DNA of 64,000 nt from Octopus sinensis (Eukaryota), in NCBI RefSeq assembly GCF_006345805.1, contig NC_043005.1, forward strand, positions 49,972,001-50,036,000. The letters are read 5' to 3'. Within the stretch, counting starts at the first letter, position 1. The number at the start of each line of letters is the position of its first letter. This document shows, piece after piece, positions 54,046 to 64,000 of the stretch. The position numbers and the translations under genes were made by a program. The notes beneath the pieces are model-generated. The model made no database searches and was not told the origin of the DNA. It saw only the letters and a program-made list of their open reading frames with translations.

Positions 54046-54611
54046 TTGAGTTGTCCGGAAAGTTTGTGCCAATTTATAGTAGCTTACTTTTCGACTTATT
54101 TTAGAACATGGTTGAGTCCATAAAATAGGATTTGACTACACCTCCGTTTAGAGCACAGTTTAAGCTATTTTTTTGTGGAAGAAGGTTTATGTTCCTATAA
54201 CCTGTGTTAATTCTGTAACCCTTTAAAATGGAAGATTAAGAAAGTTTATTTTCGGCACTTGATGCTTTGGGAACCAGACAAAGATTGCTTCAAATTGACT
54301 GGAATATGTTACCTCACACTCCATAACCACCAGATGCTGCTCCTTCAGATTTCTACTTATTCAGGTCTCTGCAGAATAGTCTTAATGGTAAAAATTTCAA
54401 TTCCTTGGATGATGTAAAAAGATACTTTGATTAATTCTTTGCCATGAAGCCACCTCAATTCTGGGAAGAGGGTATTTTCAAGTTAAAGGAAAGATGGAGA
54501 CGCATTGTGCAACAAAATGGTTCATATTTGGCTGATTAAAAATATAATGGCAAGTATTTATTGACCTTTTTCTTACTTTGAAAATTGGCACGAACTTTCT
54601 GGACAACCCAA
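54046..54611 (+). mobile_element. Non-autonomous mariner element (566 bp), nested in a family B SINE
   Basis: Same TIRs, TA TSDs and deletion junction as 36467-37032. The C-terminus reads APSDFYLFRSLQNSL...FWEEGIFKLKERWRRIVQQNGSY with stops. The SINE resumes after 54613. Confidence 0.95.
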
Positions 54612-55628
54612 TACATTAAGTGTATACTTGTCTGTGGAGTGCTCAGTCACTTGTACGTTAATTTCATGAGCAGGCTGTTCCATTGATTGGATCAACTGGA
54701 ACCCTTGTCTTCATAACCGACAGAGTGCTAGAGTTATGTATTGTTCCTTTTCAGCAATGTGACATTTTTTCCTCTTGTATCAGGCCTTTTGAAATATCAA
54801 GTTTAGTATCTAATGTAATCATTTCATGGTTCCCTTTTGAACTATTACCTTCAGTGTTATTTGATGGCTTCATTACTGACAGCTTGAATTGTAAGTAAAT
54901 CCAATAACCTCAACCCTGATCAACAATTATCTGCAACAAATGTATAGTACAAATAATAGCACCAAGAAAGGACCGTTTTGTGAGAGCAAAAAATAGCTGT
55001 CTTATTTGTATGAGTGGGAGAATGGAAATGAAAAGCTGAAAAGGTGAAGGCATGAGGTGGAAAGAAGTACTGTATGACTACAGTTAGTTGAAGGGTTATT
55101 AGATTCCTGAACACTTTGCCCCTTGCACCTCTGACTACTCTCGCTCTCCCCCTCTCTCTCTTTCATACACATACACACACACTCTGTGTTGACATACAAC
55201 ATATGCAGCTACAGACATTGCTATCATGCTGGTATTACTATTGTTGTTGCCAGTTGGTTATTTGAAATTTGGAAGATCAGTAATAGTGGTGGTATTGGTT
55301 GTAGTGGTTTTTATGTTATTAATGATGGTACTAAGTAGTTATGGTGGGAATATTGTTGGTGATGGTGGTGTTATATTCTTGATAATTGTATTATTGTTGC
55401 TATTTAGTTTTAACTTGATCCTCATTGACCTGACATTAACATTTTGTTCAACATTTAAAATATTCTCAAGCACCAAATTATCTCATTTGATTGTTTTTTT
55501 TAAACATCAGATGTTTATATTGTTGTTGTTGCTGTTGTTATTGGTCAATAAGGAGTTGCTGGATGAGTAATGGCAGTGGTTGTGTTAGTGAGAGTAGTAG
55601 TGAAGGTTGATTAAATACAAACATACAC

Positions 55629-56031
55629 ATGCAGGAGTGGTTGTGTGGTAAGTAGCTTGCTTACCAACCACATGGTTCCAGGTTCAGTCCCACTGCATGG
55701 CACCTTGGGCAAGTGTCTTCTTCTATAGCCTCGGGCCAACCAAAGCTTTGTGAGTGGATTTGGTAGATGGAAACTGAAAGAAGCCTGTTGTATATATATA
55801 TGTGAGTGTGTGTGTGTATATATGTATGTTTGTGTGTCTGTGTTTGTCCCTCCACCATCGCTTGACAACCAATGTTTGTCTCTCTACCATCGCTTGACAA
55901 AGTGTGTTTACGTCTCCGTATCTTAGCAGTTCAGCAAAACAGACTGATAGAATAAGTACTGGGGTCGATTTGCTGGACTAAAGGTGGTGCTCCAGCATGG
56001 CTGCAGTCAAATGACTGAAACAAGTAAAAGA
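55629..56031 (+). mobile_element. Full-length SINE family A
   Basis: A-box-like tggttgtgtggtaag, B-box-like ggttcagtccc, and tail gactgaaacaagtaaaag. Confidence 0.85.
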
Positions 56032-56037
56032 ATAATT

Positions 56038-56076
<39 letters not shown>

Positions 56077-56081
56077 GAAAG

Positions 56082-56171
<90 letters not shown>

Positions 56172-57289
56172 GTGCTGGTACCATGAAAAAAGCATTCACT
56201 ATTCTGTAAATTGGTTAATATTTCAAAAGGCATTCATCTGTAGAAACCATGCTGAAGCAGACATTGGTGTTGGGTACAGCCCACTAGAATATATATATAT
56301 ATATATTTTGAAATATATTTTTAAATATTAACCAATTTAACCTTTTGAAATATTAACCAATTTACAGAATACTGAATGCTTTGGTCAGCCAAGGCATTTG
56401 TTAGCTCAAGGCTACATAGATGACACTTGTCCAAGGTACTGAACTCAAAATCATGTGGTTGGGAAGCAAAATTCATACCACAAAACAGACAATGGAACCT
56501 GGTATGGCTTCTGGCCTTGCCAGCTCCTGTCAAACCACCTAACCCATGCCAGCATGGAAAATGGACGTTAAATGACAATGATGATGATGATTATGTGTGA
56601 GTGTGTGTGTGTGTCTGTTTTGTTCCCTTTACTACTTAATAATTGATGTTGGCCTGTTTACATCCCTGTTACTTAATTCAGTAATAAACCGATAGAATAA
56701 GGATCAGGCTTAAAAATATGTACTGGTGTAGATTTGTCCAACTAAAGCCCTTGAAGGAATTGTGCTCCAGAATGGCCACAGTCCAATGAGTAAAAGAAGA
56801 TACACATTTCTTAACTACTGATGTTGAATATAAACTGCAGTGTCCACCACCACCACCACCACCACCACCACCACTACTTATAATAAGAATAAGAATAAAA
56901 ATGAATATAATATATATAAATATAGTTTAATATAATATAAAAGTTATTTGTATACTATTTCCTTTGAATACTTTATTGCTTATGCAGACTGTCACTGGAT
57001 TCCTTGGATTTTGGATTTCATTGAATTTTTGCTAAAGTTGGAGCGTAAACAATTTATGATTAGTTCTTCATTGGTTTGGCATTTCTCCTGAGAGTTAATG
57101 TCAAAGCTAATCCTTGCAAGATTTGAACTCTGAATGTAGAGAAGTATTACATACTGAAAAGCATTATGCCTACTGTGCAGCTTCTGTCTTGCTCCCATCC
57201 TTTGGATTTGTGTTGGTTATTGCTATTGTTTAACCCAAGGTACCCCAGGTCAACTCGGATGAAGCAGACCATATTCAAAGAATTCCAGA

Positions 57290-58405
57290 TATTGGTTTTA
57301 AATTTTCACACAAGGCCAGCAATTTCGGAGAAAGTGCTAAGTCGGTCGATTACATCAACCAGCCAGTACTCAACTGGTACTTATTTTATTGACCCCAAAA
57401 GGATGAAAAACAAAGTTGGCTTTGGCAGAATTTGAACTCAGTACATAAGGATGGATGAAATGCTGTTAAGCATTTTGCCCTGTATGATAGCAATTCTGTC
57501 AGCTTGACATCTTAAGCATTCCATATGATACTATCCTGGACAATGCATCAGGGACACTACATCATTAAAAGTGTTATTCATGGTAGGATTTAAGTTGAGA
57601 GATTTGGCAGCTATTTCATGCAGATCGAGCAACTATATGTGGGCTAAAACTCTTTATGCCATTGACTGTCCACTATAATGATATTGGTTTTTGAGGCATA
57701 AAGCCTCAAATTTTATGAGTTGAGAAAAGGTAAACATTAAGGGAATGGGGAGAAAGCTGGGTTTGAACTCAAACTGTAAAATGGCATAATTAAATACTGT
57801 TGCATTTTGATGATCACTCTACCAACTGTACTAATACATTGCCCTAGGTGTATTTTATTTTATTTTATTTTATCAACCCTGAAAAGGCAAAAGGCAAAGT
57901 TATCCTTAGTGCAATTTGAACTCAGAATGTGAAAAAACTAGGCCACCAATTTTGGGATATGGGGTCAGTTGATTACATTGATCCCAGTGCTCAACTGGTA
58001 CTTATTTTATTGACCCTGAAAGTATGAAAGGCAAAATCGACTTTGAACTCAGAAAGCAAAGATAGATGAATTGCACTTGGCATTTTGCTGAGCATGTTTA
58101 TGATTCTGCCTGCTCACTACCTTAAAAGCTGGTTATAATATTAGTTTCAAATTTTATGATTCTGCCTGCTCACTACCTTAAAAGCTGGTTATAATATTAG
58201 TTTCAAATTTTAGCACAAGGCCAACAATTGTGTGGGAGGGGCTAAGTTGATTAAATTGATTCCAGTGCTCAACTGGTAGTTTATTGACCCCAAAAAGACG
58301 AATAGCAAAGTTGACCCCAGTGGCATTTGACCCCAGTGTAAAGCTGGACGAAATGCCAGGAAGCATTTTGTCCAGTGTACTAATAATTCTGCCTGCTTGC
58401 TGCTT
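57290..58405 (-). mobile_element. Cluster of family C SINEs, with a 56-bp local tandem duplication (58097-58212)
   Basis: Reverse copies at about 57290-57512, 57940-58122 and 58200-58405, plus fragments. Confidence 0.75.
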
Positions 58406-59106
58406 TAAATGCCCTTCATAATGTTAATAAATCTCCTATACATATTTCATTGTGTTTTTATGCAGTGATTTTTATTCTGTACTACCTCTGTTTGTTTAGC
58501 TGCCAGAAATTTATAAATAACAAAAACAAAAAATAGCATCATGGCTTTGTTATGTTTATAGGTAAAAGAGGTTGTGTCAAGAACTCTTTTGTTGGGCCTC
58601 CAAGACAGATGGAAGAAAGAAAAAAGAATCTTGACATTTTTCAAGATTTTTTCAATTATTTATGACAGAATGCACTCTGTTTAAAAAACTCCAAGGGCAG
58701 GATGGTGGTATTATGCTAAGTGATAGGTTAAGTCTACCACATAATTGAAGATCTGGTCCATCAGATGATCTTCTGTGCAGTTTTTTGTCCATTCAGTTTT
58801 ACTTTCAAGGTTTGGGTTGATCTGCAGTTATAGTAGAAGATACTTGTCCAAGGTGCCATACTGTAGGATTGAACTTAGAACTTAGAGCTATGTGACTGCA
58901 AAACTAAATTCATAACCACGTAGCCATGATTGAAATCTATGTTACCTGCAAAAGACCAACTTCCCAATGGAAGAGAAGTTATACCAATCATTTGCTTCAT
59001 GGCTTGAAGACTGGAGCCCCCAGCTTAAAGATAATTTATTTTCCTACATTACAAGGAAAGGAAAATGTGATTGTCTGATATTCATGTCTTTCTCAGGAAA
59101 CATTGA

Positions 59107-59327
59107 CCCTTTAGCATTCAGGTTATTCTATCAAATGTAAAGCATATTTATCTGCATTGATTTGAATTAATCATGTATTACTTCATAGCCTTGAGATTTC
59201 AGCGATGGGATTATTGTATTCTTAGAATGACATTGTAGGGTAAGTGTGAGAGACCAGATCTAGCAGGTCTAAACATAAAGCAGATAGAATATTCAGGCCA
59301 GGTATGGTTGGTCTAAAGGCTAGAGGG
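59107..59327 (-). mobile_element. piggyBac-type MITE
   Basis: ccctttagcattc...gctagaggg. Reverse homologue of 14530-14744. Confidence 0.7.
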
Positions 59328-59822
59328 TTTTAAACACACATTAGGTTAAATAAATTCCACCAGGTATTACAAAACTTTGGTTCAAAGGTTTTATTCATTA
59401 AGAGCTTTCATAGTGCTGTGAATCACTTAACCACCTCGTTATTATATCATTAATTCAATAGCAACTGTAACAGTAAGAAGAGCAATAACAACATAATTAA
59501 CAAGCCAATGAGGGGGCTGCCACATATTTGTTTGACCTGTGTAGAAATAGCAATCAAGTAGCCCTCAACTGATATCATACCGTTTCTAGAAGTAAGAAAT
59601 AAACGTAAGATAATGTAGTCCTATATATATTTTACCTTTAAAAAAAAGACAGGATAGCAACAGTTAGAAAGTCTTTGATGATAGAATAGCTTGATCAAGG
59701 ATGATATGAGGCTACATCATGATAATAACAACAACATTGGCAACAGCCGCTGTAGTAGCAGCAGCCACATCACCTGCGGTAACAACAAAATGAGAAAAAA
59801 GAACAGTGTGCTGCCAACTTAC

Positions 59823-60021
59823 TGAAGTCATCTGGCCATATTTCAAGCAAGTATTTAAGTACATCGATATGTTTCCTGAAGTCTAAGTCAGCTGATGTCG
59901 ACGGGGATGGACACAGTAGCACGGGTCCGAAACAGACAGCCACATTCTCGGGGGTCATCTTGTTTAAATCACTTTTGCTGGCAACCTTCTTCAGGTGGTT
60001 CAGCACCATTGTCATCGTATC
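59823..60021 (-). CDS. SYDE1: Internal exon encoding the C-terminal end of a RhoGAP domain, SYDE/Syd-1 (RhoGAP100F) family
   Basis: The minus strand reads tctttcatgctag|GAT ACG ATG...GAC TTC A|gtaagt, 199 nt, entering in phase 0 and leaving in phase 1. It translates as [66 protein letters not shown]. This has the RhoGAP HLxxV...NKM...N.A.CFGP.L motif and the SYDE-type LDFxxHIxVLxYLLxxWP tail. The family is recognised from memory. The SYDE1/SYDE2 distinction does not apply to an invertebrate. Upstream exons lie beyond the window. Confidence 0.93.
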
Positions 60022-60325
60022 CTAGCATGAAAGAGAACAACAGAGACATATATATATATATAAATACATATATATACATACGTACATAAATATACATATA
60101 CAAACAAATCTGGATGCATACATAGATGTATGGCTTTGTAAGACATTCCTAAGTTTTGGGATTTGAGTCCTCTGGAAACAAAATATATGCACTATGATGT
60201 ATGTGCATTCAGAATACACATGCAAAAATGCACACATACACTCACACATGCATGTACACACAGGCACAGACACATATACATACATAAATACACATACATA
60301 AATATACACATACATACACACACTC

Positions 60326-60356
<31 letters not shown>

Positions 60357-60374
60357 CATACATATATACATATA

Positions 60375-60447
<73 letters not shown>

Positions 60448-60613
60448 CTCTACCCCTGGTATTTGAGTACTCTTTTTTCCACCTTGTTTCACATTTATGT
60501 GTTTACTCCGGTATATATATATATATATATAAATATATATATATGTGTGTGCGTGCGTGTGTGTATAAAACATGTTTTAAATCTCTGAGCGAGAGAATTA
60601 CAGTAACTACTGA

Positions 60614-61033
60614 ATAGTAATGTTTATCTGTCAACATAACATGGCAGTCCTATGAAGGAAGATGTTACTGTTGTTTTAGTCTCAGGAAAGCACCTTTTCC
60701 AGCTGGTTATTGTCACACGGTTTGTGTCCATATAGAGCATTGCTCCCATCTCTAGCCTTACATGATACTCACAGACTTAGTATTTGTGAGTGGAGATAGC
60801 TTTTGTCACTAGCTGGTGATTGTCTCATGCTGAGGACAGATAACATTCAGAAACCTAGGTCTGTGAGTATCACCTAAAGCTAGAGATGGGAGCGATGGCA
60901 TCTCTTGCAAATACTATGTACGGGCACAAACTGTGTGTTGATAGCTAGCTGGAAAAGATGTTTTCCTGGGGTTAAAACAGCAGCAACATCGTCCTTTATA
61001 GGACTGCCACTTTATGTTGGCATATAAACACTA

Positions 61034-61037
<4 letters not shown>
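60614..61037. mobile_element. Palindromic MITE with long (about 170-bp) imperfect TIRs
   Basis: atagtaatgtttat...gatactcacagacttag pairs with ctaggtctgtgagtatc...ataaacactactat. Confidence 0.8.
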
Positions 61038-61085
<48 letters not shown>

Positions 61086-61184
61086 ATATATATATATATA
61101 AGCATATACTCATATTTTAAAGAGACATTTAGAAACATTAACATGACGCAAGTACATTAACATTTGCACAAATACCTAAATGTA

Positions 61185-61230
<46 letters not shown>

Positions 61231-61399
61231 ATATATATGTATATATAATGTAATACCGTTATGGTATTACATTGCACCTGTCTGTTTATATTAAATTTTT
61301 AGTATGCACATTAACATTTTGCTAAACGAGACGTCAATTTTTATGATAGAAATATATATACTGGCAGATGGAGTTAACCAAATTCTTGAAAGTTTAAGA

Positions 61400-61454
61400 A
61401 GTCACTACTGATGATGCCTACAGATTAGGTGAAACTAGGCCTAATCTGGTGATT
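61400..61454 (+). ncRNA. Type-I hammerhead ribozyme motif (best preserved in the window)
   Basis: AGUCACUA-CUGAUGA-U-GCCUA(CAGAU)UAGGU-GAAAC-UAGGCCUA-AUC-UGGUGAUU. It has an 8-bp stem I, a 5-bp stem II, an intact core and a palindromic stem III. Predicted cleavage is after 61446. Confidence 0.75.
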
Positions 61455-61846
61455 CTAGAGATGGTCATAAGGCAGTTACCTCCCCTGCCAGTGTATATAC
61501 ACTGTGCTCTTCTTACAGTAGTAAGAGTTTTTTAACTCTTTATTTCTAGCAATGTAGGTGCTTTGGCTCCCTTAGTCATATTTAGTGATGATTAAATTTT
61601 TCTTTTATGATATTACACTGTACATAGCTGTTTATGGCATTTGCCATGATAGATCGCTAGTCACTACACATTCTTTATTTTTTCTCTTTATTTTCTCTCC
61701 TTATCTCTTTCTGTGTTCCTTTCTGTGGAAGAGTGTAGGCTCGAAACATTAAAGACTTTTTCACTCCCCGACCACAATACTAATACATCTGCTTGTTGTC
61801 TACACCACCTGTCTTCGTCTTTTGATTTTTTTTTGTGAATTCTCCC

Positions 61847-61889
<43 letters not shown>

Positions 61890-61890
<1 letters not shown>

Positions 61891-62260
61891 CATCATCAGC
61901 ATCGTCTAACGTCTGTTTTCCACGCTAGCATGGGTTGGATGGTTCGACCAGGGTCTTGGAAGCCAGGAAGCTGCACCAGGCTCCAGTCTGATCTGGCAGT
62001 GTTTCTACAGCTGGATGCCCTTCCTAACGCCAACCACTCCGTGAGTGTAGTGGGTGCTTTTTACGTGCCACCGGCACAGGTATCACAACTACAATTTCCA
62101 TTTGATTTTTTGATGTTGATGTACTTGAGTTAATAGGTCTCCTCAAGCACAGCAGGTCGCCCTACAATCCAAGATAAGCACAGCAGGCTGTCCTGTGATC
62201 CAAGGTACTTTGGATGGGCTGGGGCTTCTATGTGAAGCTGGTGCAGGAAACAGCCATTGA
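61890..62260 (-). mobile_element. RTE 3' UTR fragment
   Basis: Reverse tail (cat)n cgtctaacgtctgttttccacgctagcatggg... homologous to 15975-16465. Confidence 0.8.
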
Positions 62261-62527
62261 CCATACTATTGGAAGTTGCAGTACATCACTGGTCACAGTT
62301 TTTTACATTGTTTTAGCTCTCGAATGATGCCACTCTGCTTGCTAGGTATGCAGGCCAACACTTCCCCTGATCAAAAGACTTATGTCACAAGGTTACTTGT
62401 TTGCAACTGAGTGGGGTGGGGTACATGAAATTAAGTACTTTGCTTGAGAATACATGCTTCTTGGTCCAGGAATCTGTAAATGCAATAATCCTAACCACTA
62501 GGCCACACATCTTCACACACAGAGAGA

Positions 62528-62559
<32 letters not shown>

Positions 62560-62978
62560 ACACACACACACACATACACACACACACACACAGACTACAC
62601 AGCCTTGGGCTGGCCAGTTCTTTCTGAGTGAATTTAGTAGCTTTCATCTACCAAAGCTATGTGGAGGCCAGGTGTGTGTGTGTATATATACATCTATCTG
62701 TCTGTTTGTCCATCTGTCTGTTTGTCCATCTGTCTGGCTGTCCTTCTGTATGTGTGTGTGTCTGCCTGTCTGTGTGTCTGCCTGTTTGTCTGTGTGTCTG
62801 TCTGTCAGTCCGTCCATCTGTCCATCCATCTATCTATCGGTTTGGTGATGCAAATAGAAAAGTAGAAATAAAAGCATGAGTACATGGTTTTTAGTAATTA
62901 CCAGCTGAGGTTACAGCACTAACACATGGAACTGTTGCCCTTTAAGTCACTCTGTACGTTCTGCCAATTATTAATAAT

Positions 62979-63011
<33 letters not shown>

Positions 63012-63013
63012 TG

Positions 63014-63050
<37 letters not shown>

Positions 63051-63059
63051 GTGTGTATG

Positions 63060-63090
<31 letters not shown>

Positions 63091-63095
63091 GTATA

Positions 63096-63217
63096 TATTT
63101 ATTTTATAGAAGGAGCTTCTACAGGACTAGAGCTGTTTCATTCAGATGAATCTTCATGAAGATTTCATCTGAATGAAACAGCTCTAGTCCTGTAGAGCTC
63201 CTTCTATAAAATAAATA
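63096..63217. repeat. 122-bp near-perfect palindrome (Penelope-like fold-back)
   Basis: Centred on tcttca|tgaaga. The arms differ only by two 1-nt indels. Confidence 0.93.
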
Positions 63218-64000
63218 CTTTACTCTGCTATGTATTGAGTACCTTATTTACTGTGGTTAACCCTGACTCAACCCGGAACCTACATATATATGGATATTTA
63301 TATATATATATATATACAACACATAGTAATGATAATAAACCTTGGATGGAATTTATAAATATTTCAATGCATCACAATATGCGTTTCCACACATATCATG
63401 TCTCTTAAGATCACAGTCTGTATTCCTTGATGACTATAGTGTAGTCTGTAGTATCTGTGGCCATCAGGTAGGTCATCTTCATGGATTCATTTCTTCAGGT
63501 GATATAGTATCAATAGATGTTTAACTGAGGTGGTTTATCACTTTTGATCAGGGAGAAGGTTGAGTGAGGTGTGTGTAGCCAGCATAATGGAATATGAGAT
63601 TTTATATGCATAATCAAAATGTTTCCCATCAACAAATTTAAAGGATATATATATATATATATATATATATAGGCACACATGCACACACACATGTAGTCAT
63701 GTATGTGTGTATATGTGTATGTTCTTGTGTTTGTGTTTGTCTTCTCACCCATTGGTTGACAACCAGTGTTTGTTGTTTGTTTATGTCTTCGTAGCTTAAC
63801 AGTTTGGAAAAGAGACCAATAGAATTAGTACTGGGCTTAAAAGAAGACCGAGTACTTGAGTCAATCTTCAATGCAATGCCCCAGCATGGCCACAATCCAT
63901 AACTGAAACAAGTAGAAGATAAAAGAAAGATATATATATATATAATATATATATAATATATATATACACACATACATAACATCTTTTTCTATGCTTGCAT

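Noticed and set aside
59770-59822. ORF extension [17 protein letters not shown] after the RhoGAP exon
   Set aside because: It lies beyond a consensus gtaagt donor, so I treated it as intron. Intron read-through cannot be excluded.

Overview
AT-rich, microsatellite-dense eukaryotic DNA. The repeat families point to a coleoid cephalopod, probably Octopus (inference). Most of the window is the 3' part of one minus-strand gene, a SYDE/Syd-1 (RhoGAP100F)-type RhoGAP. A clear 199-nt exon (60021-59823) encodes the end of the RhoGAP domain. A phase-compatible terminal exon (11795-11650) lies about 48 kb downstream, with a candidate 39-nt cassette exon and two candidate alternative last exons in between. 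The rest is repeat material: three tRNA-derived SINE families, RTE, CR1-like and R4/Dong-like LINE fragments, Penelope-like remnants including a GIY-YIG fragment, two identically deleted mariner elements in opposite orientation, hAT, piggyBac, Mutator-like and pogo MITEs, a 109-bp tandem array built from a MITE end, and a 1.5-kb tandem duplication. The most notable unannotated signals are about ten type-I hammerhead-ribozyme motifs that appear antisense-biased inside the gene, several palindromes whose axis falls in a hammerhead core, and a frame-preserving micro-exon blocked only by two UAG codons. Almost all ORFs in the supplied track are microsatellite artefacts. All calls were made by eye, and repeat boundaries are approximate.
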